23,147 nucleotides of DNA from Octopus sinensis (Eukaryota): NCBI RefSeq assembly GCF_006345805.1, contig NW_021836693.1, forward strand, positions 1 through 23,147, given 5' to 3'. Every line of letters begins with the position of its first letter. Position 1 is the stretch's first letter. Below, one piece after another: positions 9,282 through 20,908 of this stretch. The notes beneath the pieces are model-generated. The model was not told where the DNA came from. It did not search any database and saw only the letters and a program-made list of their open reading frames with translations. Both the position numbers and the translations under genes were made by a program.

Positions 9282-9610
9282 GGTGGCGGCTGTGGATCAG
9301 ATAACTCGATGGAGCAGTAGATACAAGATGTTGAAGTATTTAGTTATAATCCTCCGCTTTTTAAGCTCAAATCTTTCCAAGGACAACTTTGCCTTTCATC
9401 TTTTCAAAATCGTTAAAACAAAGTACGCATAAAACATAAAACGTTCAATTTATATTTTTTATCAAACGCTTCACGGGAACAGAATTGATAAAAGAAGGAC
9501 TTTTACCTTTCATTATTCCGAGATCGATAAAAATCAATAAAATACAAATTTCGTTTTCATCGACTAACTCAAAGATACCCTTCTGTAAATATTTGGCCTT
9601 GTGCATATAT
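9282..9610 (+). mobile_element. Two highly diverged family-B-like SINE relics
   Basis: AGCTCAAATCTTTCCAAGGACAACTTTGCCTTTCATCTTTTC...AAAGTAC, and TTACCTTTCATTATTCCGAGATCGATAAAA...ATTTGGCCTTGTGC (type-2 tail). Confidence 0.5.
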
Positions 9611-9636
9611 TATAAATCGATAGTTATCATGACTAC

Positions 9637-9860
9637 TATGTATGTATGTATGTATGTATGTATGTATGTATGTATGTATGTATGTATGTATGTATGTATG
9701 TATGTATGTATGTATGCATGCATGCATGTATGTATGTATGTATGTGTGCGTGTGTATGTATGTATGTATGTATGTATGTATGTATGTATGTACGTATGTA
9801 TGTATGTATGCATGTATGTATGTATGTATGTATGTATGTATGTATGTATGTATGTATGTA
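9637..9860. repeat. (TATG)n microsatellite
   Basis: Directly visible. Confidence 0.97.
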
Positions 9861-10137
9861 TTTTGAATAAAAGCTTTATTTAGTTCCATATGTTTCTGTA
9901 TGCGCAAAAGTCCACCTTATGAGAAATACGCGCTGAATTGCCGTTTAAAATATAAAAAGGACACAAAAATATTATGTTGGATAAAATATGGACATATATT
10001 TTTATGAAGTAAAATATTTACATAGTCGACCGGTTTCGCTCATGCTAAACATGAGTAAGTAGTTAATAACAATGTTACAATTTCATGCTATCAAAATAAG
10101 TTTTCATTCCATATTAGTGTTAAACAGTATATTAAAA

Positions 10138-10282
10138 TTTAACACACTCACCGGTAAAATTTCCACTTGTTATAAAAATAAAAAAAATTCCGCTTATTTC
10201 TTATAAATAAATAAATAAATAAATAAAGGAATAAAAATAAAATTAAGAAATAAGTAGAAATTTTACCAGTGAGTGTGTTAAA
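10138..10282. repeat. 31-bp inverted repeat around an A-rich spacer (fold-back, possible transposon relic)
   Basis: TTTAACACACTCACCGGTAAAATTTCCACTT (10138-10168) vs AAGTAGAAATTTTACCAGTGAGTGTGTTAAA (10252-10282), 2 mismatches. Confidence 0.85.
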
Positions 10283-10615
10283 TGATAAAGCACAAAAATA
10301 AAATGTCTCTCCCCAGACACAACAGAATATGCTTCAACATACGAACACACCAAATCCCAAAACGAAGTATATTAAAATATTTATATATATGTATGTATAT
10401 ATATATATATATATAACGTGTGCGTATATATATATATATAGATGTATGTATATATATGTGAGTGTGTGTATTTACCTCAAATAGACCAACTGAGTAAACC
10501 TATCTATAAAGACAACTGGAAACAGCTGTAGGTCAAATTTGTTTCTAATAAAGGAATTATATGTGAAGACCATTATTTTAAAATTTGTCTGTGTGTGTGT
10601 ATATATATATATATG

Positions 10616-10646
<31 letters not shown>

Positions 10647-10664
10647 GATATATATATATAGATA

Positions 10665-10703
<39 letters not shown>

Positions 10704-11039
10704 AGAGAGAGTGTGTGTTCTGTACCAACTACCTCTTGCATGCTTTGATGGAAAAAGGGAATGCAAGAAAAATCAAAAGATGGCGGATATGAAAATAAAA
10801 CAAAGTACACAAATTCTTTGTATTGAAAAAAGCTGTTAAGCAAGCAAACGAGGAATTGTGTTGTATGTGTGAAGTCAACAAATATAAGTTCATAAATAAC
10901 AGGGATAGAAGAGTGATGCGGGTGGGTGGGAAAAATGTAGGTTGGGGTGGAGGGCGGAGGAGCACATGAAAAGGCGGGAAGTAATTGACATGTAGTAAAA
11001 TGAAAAAAAATTGTTCATGCATACATGCACACACGATAT

Positions 11040-11201
11040 ACAACATATCATATATATATTATATATATATGTATCACATAACACAAACATACATACAATA
11101 TATATATATAATGTATATATATATATATTATATATATATAATATATATATATACACATATATGCATATATATATATTTATATATACATGCATACTATATA
11201 T

Positions 11202-11255
<54 letters not shown>

Positions 11256-11364
11256 TATATATATATAAAACCATATGTATATATATGTACATATATGCAT
11301 ATATCTATATCTACATCTACTTATCTAATCTATCTATCTATCTCTCCATCTATCCATCTATTCC

Positions 11365-11411
<47 letters not shown>

Positions 11412-11524
11412 CTATCTATCTATCTATCTATCCATATGTGTGCGTATAAATATAAATAAACATGTATGTATAGAGATAGATAGATAAATAAATATATAAA
11501 TATAGATATATACACACTTTATCT

Positions 11525-11598
<74 letters not shown>

Positions 11599-12129
11599 TC
11601 ACACACACATACACAGTGTAAGTATTAGAAATATATTAAAAACATACTTCACACACTATGCTAAAATGTACATATTATCTGATATAAACACACAAGTACA
11701 CACCTATACACACACACGCGTATATGTATCTAAGTGCATATGCATATTGTCATATACATGAAGCGTGCGTGTATGTGAGTGGGAGAGGTGTCGCTAGTGG
11801 GTATCTCCTAAACACGGCACTATTTAAATATTAATAAATTAAATATAGTCTTATTTATACAACGACGAGCGTGCGCGCGCTTGTGTCTGTGTGTATATAT
11901 GCATGTATGAATGCATCTATGTATGAATGTATGCATGTATGTATGTATGTATTATGTATGTATGTATGTATGTATGTACGTGTAAAACGTATGTTTCTAT
12001 CTATTTATCTATATATATATATATAGATATATATATATAATATATACAATATATATATATACATATATATATATATATTTATATATATATATATATATAT
12101 ATATACATCCATATGTAATATTGTACATA

Positions 12130-12163
<34 letters not shown>

Positions 12164-12831
12164 TATAATATATATATATGTACACCCACCAACAAACACA
12201 CACCTTGTGCGCGTGCGTGTGGGTGTGTGTTTGTGAGCGTGTGTGTGCATGCATGTATCTGTGTGTGTGTGTGTGTGCATACACGTGTGTGCATACACGT
12301 TGTGTGCCCTTGTGTGCGTGTTTATGAGAAGAAAAACAAGATAAAGGAAATGTGAGAAGACACACACACACATATATACACACATACGCACACACATGCA
12401 CAAACACTGCATCTATGCAACATACATGGATGCATATACGTTGAGCACACAAGTACACAAATAACACACACACATACGTATATGCACACACAACTAAATA
12501 TACATATATATATACACACACAAACAACAAAATATGCATATATACACAGACATTTATGCACTCAACACCCATAGCGTATATATATGTATATATATATATA
12601 TATATGTATATATATGTATATATATAAATATATATTTATACACACATACATATATACATACACACATACAAACACACACACACACACACACAAACATATA
12701 CATATATATTTACATTTTCATACATAGATACATATAGATGCATATATATATATTCACACACGCATATATATATATTATTTACATTTTCATACATAGGATA
12801 CATATAGATAACATATATATATATATTCACA

Positions 12832-12882
<51 letters not shown>

Positions 12883-13075
12883 TATATATATATAAATATA
12901 TATATATACACTTATATAGTAATCCACACGTAGTATATATGCGTGTTAGTTTGTGTGCATGTATGTGTACGAGTGCGTGTGTATATGTGCACGCGTGTGC
13001 ACGTGCATATATATACATACACAGACACACACACGCACGTACACATATTCACTCACACACACACACACACACATG
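11040..13075. repeat. Long low-complexity field of TA/CA/CT/TCTA/TATG microsatellites
   Basis: Directly visible. Accounts for the [12 protein letters not shown] ORFs. Confidence 0.95.
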
Positions 13076-13673
13076 CTGTGAAGATTGTTATTGTAGATGG
13101 AAATTAGCAAAAGTATGACGCGCGATAGAAGAACATGGAGTCTAACAGGCAGCTGTTGTTTCGGTGTTTGTCTAACTTGTCAACCGAGAACAGTTACATT
13201 CTCAAGATTGACAAGCGATAAAAGCTACAAGAATTGTCAGAATGATAAAATCAACATGCCTGAAGAATCAATAAGGCTGGGAAATGTCGAATGAATTCAC
13301 AAAAAAAAACAAAAAACCCTCCAAGAATAAGAAACATGCATGTATATAAACAAACAAAACGAAACAAAAGCGAAGAGAGCTACGAAAACATCCGTTCTTT
13401 CTTCTGAACAAATCATTTAAGTGTCAGATGTAATTTTCCCGCCTTTTTCGTTTCTCGTTCAATTATAAGAGTAAGGGGGAGAAAATGGAAGTGTGATTCA
13501 TCAAAGATGTACTTTCACTTTCTCTCGTCATTTGTTTATTATTATTTTTTTTTTGTTTTGTTTATTGTTTTTGATTTATGCCTGATTTTCGTTCGCTTCC
13601 GTCGCTGCCGCAATATCGTTTCTACACGATCCATGTAAGAAACAGCAGCAGCATCAGCGGCAGCAGCAGCAGC

Positions 13674-14075
13674 AATAATAATCCTTTCTACTATAAGCAC
13701 AAGGCCTGAAATTTGGGGGAAAGGGGATAATCGATTATATCGACCCCAGTACGTAACTGGTACTGAATTTATCCACCTCGAAAAGACGAAAGGCAATGTC
13801 GGCCTCGGCGGAATTTGAACTCAGAACGTAACGGCAGACGAAATACCTATTTCTTTACTACCCACAAGGGGCTAAACACAGAGGAGACAAACAAGGACAG
13901 ACAAAGGGATTAAGTCGATTATACCGACCCCAGTGCGTAACTGGTAAATTTATCGACCCCGAAAGGACGAAAGGCAAAGTCGACCTCGGCGGAATTTGAA
14001 CTCAGAACGTAACGGCAGACGATATACCGCTAAGCATTTTGCCCGGCGTGCTAACAATTGTGCCAGCTCGCCGCC
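13674..14075 (-). mobile_element. SINE family B dimer: head + unit + headless unit + type-2 tail
   Basis: Head (reverse complement) GGCGGCGAGCTGGCACAATTGTTAGCACGCCGGGC. Two B-box/core units, junction at ~13847, tail TTTCAGGCCTTGTGCTTATAGTAGAAAGGATTATT. Confidence 0.92.
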
Positions 14076-14120
14076 GTACAACACTACTACTAATAATAAT
14101 AGTAATAGCAACAATATTTA

Positions 14121-14427
14121 TATTGAGTTGTCCGGAGAGTTTGTGCCGTTTTTTAAGGAAAGAAAAAGGTCAATAAATACTTGCCATTACATTTTTAATC
14201 AACCAAATATGAACCATTTTGTTGCACAATGCGTCTCCATCTTTCCTTTAACTTGAAAATACCCTCTTCCCAGAAATGAGGTGGTTTCATGACAAAGAAT
14301 TCATCAAGGTATCTTTTTACGTCATCCAAGGAATTGATATTTTTACCATTAAGACTCTTCTGCAGAGACCTGAATAAGTGGAAATCCGAAGGAGCAATAT
14401 CTGGTGAATATGGAGGGTGGGGTAACA
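14121..14427 (-). mobile_element. Mariner (SETMAR/Hsmar-like) transposon 3' fragment with one TIR
   Basis: LPHPPYSPDIAPSDFHLFRSL...GIFKLKERWRRIVQQNGSY* contains the mariner YSPDLAPxD signature. TIR-like TATTGAGTTGTCCGGAGAGTTTGTGCCGTTTTT is preceded by TA at 14119-14120. Confidence 0.9.
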
Positions 14428-14576
14428 CAGTTTCCGTCTACCAAATCCACTCAAAAGGCTTTGGTCGGCTCGAGGCTATAGTAAAAGACACTTGCCCAAG
14501 GTGCCACATAGTGGGACCGAAACCGGAACTATGAGGCTGGTTAGCAAGCTACTTACCACACAGCCACTCCTGCGCC
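14428..14576 (-). mobile_element. SINE family A, 5' half
   Basis: Reverse complement GGCGCAGGAGTGGCTGTGTGGTAAGTAGCTTGC...CACCTTGGGCAAGTGTC...GGTAGACGGAAACTG. Confidence 0.92.
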
Positions 14577-14788
14577 TATGTATAAAATAAATTTTATAAA
14601 TGGGTGGATTATATTTTGATACTTTCATTCTATATTTTTTTTCGATATTCCGTTGACATTTTTCATACTTGTTATTGCCCACATCTTTATATCAGCAAAA
14701 AGAAAAAGTTCGTATTTTTTAATGAGGGTTCAATACCTTGTTGAAACATCGTAGAATAACCTGGTGACATTACAACTTGGATGCAGGC

Positions 14789-15202
14789 AACGAATTGACG
14801 AATTGACCAGGCGATGAATTGACATTGCGATGAATTGATCCGGCGATAAATTGACTAGCGATGAATTGATCTGGCGAAGGATTGACTTGGCGAAAAATTA
14901 ATTTGACGATTATTTGACATTGCATTGAATTAACCTGTCGATAAATTGACATTGATCTGGCGATGAATGGAATTGCAATATCAGGCGATGGATTCATCTG
15001 GCGATGGATTCATCTGGCGATGGGTTCATCTGGCGATGGATTCATCTGGCGATGGGTTCATCTGGCGATGAATTGACACTGCGATGAATCAACATTAAGA
15101 AGAACTAACCTGGCTATTAACTGACCTGGCGAAAAAGCGATTTGTCTATGAATTGAAATTGATATGAACTGATATCTCGATTTATTACACTGTCGATGAA
15201 TT
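14789..15202. repeat. 16-bp minisatellite (consensus ~GGCGATGAATTGATCT) with five homogeneous GGCGATGGRTTCATCT units at 14984-15063
   Basis: Directly visible. Confidence 0.9.
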
Positions 15203-15395
15203 TAGCCCCTTTATATCCATTACTGGAGAAGCAACGAGTTTAGAGCACCCGGTGACCTTGGAAGATTGGTTTCGTTTTTCTACGACCTGGTTTCGTATTT
15301 CCGCTGGCTTCAACTTAAATTTCAATCACAACAGGATCGATTAAAAAAAGTGATCTATTAGTTGTTTCTATTCATTATTATTATTATTATTATTA

Positions 15396-15435
<40 letters not shown>

Positions 15436-15437
15436 GT

Positions 15438-15473
<36 letters not shown>

Positions 15474-15504
15474 ATATTAGTAGTAATAATTGTTGTTGTA
15501 GTAA

Positions 15505-15990
15505 GGCGGCGACCTGGCAGAAACGTTAGCACGTTGGGCGAAATGCGTAGCGGTATTTCGTCTCCTGTTATGTTCTGAGTTCAAATTCCGCTGAGGTGGA
15601 CTTTGCCTTCCATCCTTTCGGGGTCGATAAATTAAGTACCAGCTACGCACTGGGGTCGATGCAATCGACTCAATCCGGTTGTCTGTCCTTGTTTGTCCCC
15701 TACGTGTTTAGCCCCTTGTGGGTAGTAAAGAAATAGGTATTTCGTCTGCCGTTACGCTGTGAGTTCAAATTCCGCCGAAGTCGACTTTGCCTTTCATTCT
15801 TTCGGGGTCGATTAAATAAGTACCAGTTACGCACTGGGGTCGATCTGATCGACTTAATACCTATGTCTCTCCTTGTTTGTCCTCTCCATGTTTAGCCCCT
15901 TGTGGGTAGTAAAGAAATAGATATTTCGTCTGCCTCTACGTTCTTAGTTCAAATTCCACCGCGGTCAACTTTCGGGGTTGATGAATTAAG
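15505..15990 (+). mobile_element. SINE family B trimer: head + two full 184-bp units + partial third
   Basis: A-box-like TGGCAGAAACG and B box GAGTTCAAATTCC in the units. Unit starts at 15553, 15737 and 15921. Core GCCTTTCATCCTTTCGGGGTCGATAAA resembles the Meta/MESC SINE domain as I recall it. Confidence 0.93.
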
Positions 15991-16232
15991 GACCAAGGAA
16001 ACACTTTAGACGACTGGCTTTCCTTTGATAAACATCACTGACATAGGAAGGGCCGAGGCTGGGTGGGGAAGACTTGCATACATGGTCAACTGTCAGTCTT
16101 TCACAAACAATTCCCTTCTCTCAGTTTGTGCTTACATGTTCCGATTACATTTTCAGCCCCAACAAATATAGGCCCTGGCTACAGTCAAACCAGGTATAAA
16201 TTAGGCTTTGAAGAATAATTATCATTAAGTGA

Positions 16233-16589
16233 GGGGGTCGTAAACACACCAGTATCCGTTGTCAAGCGATGTTGGGACAATTGAAGAACTCAGTGATTTG
16301 GTTATAATGGTAAAGGATTGTGTAGAATCATCGAGAATGTGTAGTCTTGTCCATAACACCAGGTTGTTGCAAAAGTATATCACGATCCATCTTAGAGATT
16401 AAGATATGTTGTGTTCTTATACTCGTAGACAGTGTCCTAACTATGACAAGGGGATACATGTCAACTAAAACCCGGAAGGTGGGAAATAACGCGTCAGACA
16501 CATTTGCCCAAGGTGCCACGCAGTGGGACCAAACCCGGAACAATGTTGGTTGGTAAGCAAGCTACTTACCACACAGCCACTCCTGCGCC
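16233..16589 (-). mobile_element. Two SINE A fragments (16233-16280 body; 16497-16589 head) separated by unrelated sequence
   Basis: GTAAACACACCAGTATCCGTTGTCAAGCGATG, and TTGCCCAAGGTGCCACGCAGTGGGACC...CTACTTACCACACAGCCACTCCTGCGCC. Confidence 0.85.
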
Positions 16590-17249
16590 TATGTATAAAT
16601 ATATATAATATATATATATATATATATTATATATTATATATATACATATATATACATACACACCACACACACACACATACATATACATATATATATGTGC
16701 GTGTGGGTGTATGTATGTGTCGCACATATACAGATAGGAAATTCCCTCAGGAAAAATGTATTTAGTGCGGTAATATTATCGAATTTAGGTTGGATTTTAT
16801 GGTTTCTTTTGTGTTTTAACATGATTCAAACGTTTTTTTTGTTGTTGTTGTTTCTCTTGCCACACACCGTTGGTTGTATATAGAAGGCGGTGGCGTATAT
16901 AGAGTGTTGGGTTATAAAGTAGGCGATCGGGAGGAAGAAGACGGCGGGGTGTATAGAAGAAAATGTATACATTTGTGTGTGCTTGTATGTGTGTACGTGT
17001 CTGTGTGTGCATATGAAAAGCAAAAATATAGATAAATTTATAGAAAAAGCTATAATATGAAAAAAGAAAAAAGAAAAGAAAAAAGAAAGAAAAGAAATAA
17101 GAAAAATCGATATAGATTTCAGAAGATAGATCTTCGTCTGTGAACTATTACCGTCTTGAATTCGTATCTTGAATATATCGATCTGTATGATTTCTTCTAA
17201 CTAGACAAATCGACCCAAATAAATGATTTAAGCACACCCAACTGATGTA

Positions 17250-17292
17250 TGCGTGTGTGTGTGTGTGTGTGTTTTGTGTATGTGTTCGCTTC

Positions 17293-17341
<49 letters not shown>

Positions 17342-17864
17342 TGTGAATGTGTGTTAGTGTGATTGCTTTATCAGTACTGTTATCTATATACGTTTTTCTC
17401 TGTGTGTATATATGTGGTTAGGTAGGTACGTATGTTTCTACGTAGGTGTATGTATGTTTGCATACATGTGTATCTATGTATGCGTGTATATGTATTTGTG
17501 TATGTGTAATATACGCATATATGTATACATATACATAGAAATACACGTAAGTGTGTGTGTGTGTGTTTGATGTGTGTATGTGTACATGCGTGTGTGTGTG
17601 TCTGTACATGTCGTGTATCTATGCGGCAATGTGTACGTGACTGAATATATATAAAAACGATTGTTCATGACTTACATATCGTATATTTTTGATGCATGTA
17701 TACATGCGTATATGTTTATACCTGCAAGATTACGAAGTTCATATACTACAGTGCTATCTATGTGTATAATTATACGGACATATATATGTATGTATATGCA
17801 TACATCAATACACACACACGCATAACAGATGCGCACGCATGCGTACATACCTAGTTATATACCG

Positions 17865-17912
<48 letters not shown>

Positions 17913-18070
17913 CGTGTAGACAGATATTCTAAATTTATTCATTATGGTAGCATATACACATATCAATGCGGTATATAATCCGAATGCATACAATATGTTT
18001 GTGCCATTGTGTATAATAGTGTGTGTATATACCTTAGTTTTTTTATAAACTTAATATATTGCTATTGTAC

Positions 18071-18116
<46 letters not shown>
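17250..18116. repeat. GT/TA-rich microsatellite field
   Basis: Directly visible. Confidence 0.9.
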
Positions 18117-18121
<5 letters not shown>

Positions 18122-18310
18122 TATTTTATTGTCTGAGAAAGAAGATAGTTCTCTAACCACATGAGATCGATGACGGATAATGCAGGTATAATAGACAGAA
18201 GATAGATATCTCTCAGAAGAAATTGCAGCAACCACGTCTGTCAGATGGAGCGAAGAGAACTAGTCGTCCCTGAAAATGACTGATGTCTTGTGTAAAGTCT
18301 TCGTTAAAAA

Positions 18311-18500
18311 CAGGGGTTCTGAACCGTTTTTTGTCCAAGGACCCCTATGATTAGTTTCTTATTCTGGTGGACCCCTTAGTCGTTTGATGTCTAAAAACTA
18401 GTTTTATAGAAATTTCTTTCAAAATTTCTATTTGTTTTTCACACATTAACTCGTGTAGGTTGAACGATGTAAAATGTTAGCAAGAAACCTTACTGTTTCA
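18311..18500 (+). mobile_element. One end of a non-autonomous hAT (Charlie-like) element
   Basis: Starts CAGGGGTTCTGAACC (cf. Charlie-type CAGGGGTTCTCAACC) with repeated GGACCCC subterminal motifs. Opposite end not found. Confidence 0.55.
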
Positions 18501-19095
18501 TATTTCTTTATTTTCCACAACGGGCTAAACATAGAGGGGACAAACAAGGACAGACAAAGGGATTAAGCCGATTATATCGACCCCAGTGTTTCACTGGTAC
18601 TTAATTCATCGACTCCGAAAGGATGACCGGCAAAGTTGGTCTCGGCGGAATTTGAACTAAGAACGTAGCGGCAGACGAAATACCTATTTTTTTACTACCC
18701 ACAAGGGGCTAAACACAGAAAGGTCAAACAAGGACAGTCAAACGGATTAAGTCGATTATATCGTCCCCAGTGCGTAACTGGTACTTATTTAATCGACCCC
18801 GAAAGGATGAAAGGCAAAGTCGACCTCGGCGGAATTTGAACCCAGAACGTAACGGCAGACGAAATACCTATTTTTTTACTATCCACAAGGAGCTAAACAC
18901 AGAGAGGTCAAACAGGACAGTCAAACGGATTAAGTCGATTATATCGAACCCAGTGCGTAACTGGTACTTATTTTATCGACCCCGAAAGGATGAAAGGCAA
19001 AGTCGACCTCGGCGGAATTTGAACTCAGAACGTAGCGGCAGACGAAATACCGCTAAGCATTTCGCCCGGCTTGCTAACGTTTCTGCCAGCTCGCC
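18501..19095 (-). mobile_element. SINE family B trimer ending in the Tx1-like tail
   Basis: Head at ~19045-19095. GAAATACC recurs at 18677, 18861 and 19044 (period 184/183). Ends ...TTGTGGAAAATAAAGAAATA. Confidence 0.94.
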
Positions 19096-19254
19096 ACAGA
19101 GGGCAAGGTGAAGCATGTAAGATATCTTGGTCGTTCACTGCATCCATGCATCCGTCACCATCTCTAGTCGTCTTGACCTCGTCAAAATAGTAAATTGGCG
19201 ATACACAATAGCATTTTGAGGGACCCTGCAATAATTTTACTTTAAATGTAATTT

Positions 19255-19568
19255 TATTTTTATTTATGCACCCTTTTCAAACCAAGCCAGGCTCATGGAC
19301 CCGGTTTCCCGGTTTCTATGGCGTATGTGTTTCCCCCAGCTGGAGGGGACGCCAGTCCATCGCAGCGTTACTCGAGAAACAGGAAGAAAGAGTGAGAGAA
19401 AGTTGGGGCGAAAGAGTACAACAGGGGTCACCCCCCCCCTGCCGGAGCTTCGTGGGGCTGTAGGTGTTTTCGCCCAATAAACACACACAACACTCGGTCT
19501 TGGAATCGAAACTGCGATCCTCCGACCGCGAGTCCGCTGCCCTAACCACTAGACCATTGCACCTCCAC
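19255..19568 (-). mobile_element. Chimeric SINE: family C head/body + family D tail
   Basis: 19380-19568 matches 5256-5439. 19270-19375 matches 22938-23035. A short duplicate of the body lies at 19685-19735. Confidence 0.88.
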
Positions 19569-19874
19569 GAAGAAGTACAAGCACAAACACAAAGGCGCAC
19601 GCACACACAACACACACATACACATACGCACACACACACACATACATAGACACACACATGTGGTCACATAAATACAAAAATAAAGTGAAAGTTGGGGCGA
19701 AAGAGTACAACAGGGGACGCCACCACCCGCTGTCGTTCCTGTAGCATCGTGTTGCATTACGTGGTGTAACAAGGATCAGGCATTTATAGAGATGATGGAA
19801 GAGTATACCACAATATTTGAGGACTTTGATTGACGCACAGAATTGAGAATCATTAGAAAAAAACTAGTGACATG

Positions 19875-20318
19875 TACAAGGATGTGTGGTTAAGAAGCAC
19901 GCTTTGCAACCACCTGGTTTTGGGTTCCGTTTCACTACCGAAACCTTCAGCGTTTTCTTTTGTTTTTTTTATTTCTTTGAGCCCCGAGCCAACCAATGTT
20001 TTGAGAGTAAATCTGGTAGACGGAAACTGTGTAGAAGCCTGCTGTATATGCATGTATGTATGTGTATGTGTGTGCGTACGTGCGTGCGTGCATCCGTGTG
20101 TATATGTCTTAATGTTTGTGTTTGCCCACCCCCACCACTACTTGTCAACTGGTGCTGTCTTGCTTATGTCCCCATAATCCAGCGGTTCGGCGAAAGGAAA
20201 CCGATAGAATAAGGACTAAACTTAAAAAGAAATATTTGGGTTGATTTTTTTCGACTAAAACCCTTCAAGGCGGTGCCCCCAACATGGCCGCGATCCAATG
20301 ACTGAAAGAAGTAAAAGA
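19875..20318 (+). mobile_element. SINE family A, diverged full-length copy
   Basis: GATGTGTGGTTAAGAAGC head, TGGTAGACGGAAACTG, CGGTTCGGC..CCGATAGAATAAG, tail GGCGGTGCCCCCAACATGGCCGC..TGACTGAAAGAAGTAAAAGA. Confidence 0.85.
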
Positions 20319-20539
20319 TGCCATAGGGTCTTGATTAACCTCAGTTCGATCCCAATCGAGTTTACCAATGAATAAACGCATTCCATCTGTGACCATCCCG
20401 ATTTTTTCCTACATGCAGGGAACTCAGGGCTATATTCTTCAACATGTACCCCTTTTTTATGACATTACATTGTGATTTGAGGAAAAATTGTTGGCTATTT
20501 CTTGTAAATCTAACAATTATGTAGAGGCTCGCTAACCAT

Positions 20540-20908
20540 CTTTTATCGTTAATTTGTTTCGACCATTCGATTGCGACCATGCTGCAGCAACACCTAGAAA
20601 GGTTTTAGTAGAACAAATCGCACCCAGTACTTATTTTTGCAAAGTTTGGTACTTATTCTATCGGTCATTTTTACAGAACCGCTAAGTTTCAAGGACATTA
20701 ACAAACTAACACCGGTTATCAAGCGGTGGGGCACAAACACAAAGACACATATGCAAAGGGTTTCCACACAGTTTCCCTCCACCAAATTCGTTCACAAGAC
20801 ATTGGTCGATTCGTAGGAATTGTAAAAGACACTTTCCCAAGGTGCTGTGTAATGGGACTGAACTCAAACCCACGTGGATGCAAAACAAACTTATTAGCTA
20901 CGCAACCA
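20540..20908 (-). mobile_element. SINE family A, diverged copy
   Basis: Matches family A blocks in reverse: ACTTATTCTATCGGTC, GAACCGCTAAG, CAGTTTCC..CACCAAAT, GACACTTTCCCAAGGTGC, TGGGACTGAAC. Confidence 0.85.

Noticed and set aside
13076-13300. Unique-sequence 65-aa ORF as a host exon
   Set aside because: No recognisable domain or convincing splice pair; cannot be supported without RNA data.
14789-15202. CRISPR array (also considered for 4818-4899 and the 184-bp units)
   Set aside because: Repeats are contiguous without unique spacers, there are no cas genes, and the context is eukaryotic.
18790-18870. Hammerhead or HDV ribozyme in the SINE B unit (CGAAAGGATGAAAG)
   Set aside because: No CTGANGA core on either strand and no convincing HDV nested pseudoknot by eye; a covariance-model search would be needed to exclude other classes.
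18770-19111. 113-aa ORF with internal repeat
   Set aside because: Antisense reading of tandem SINE B units.
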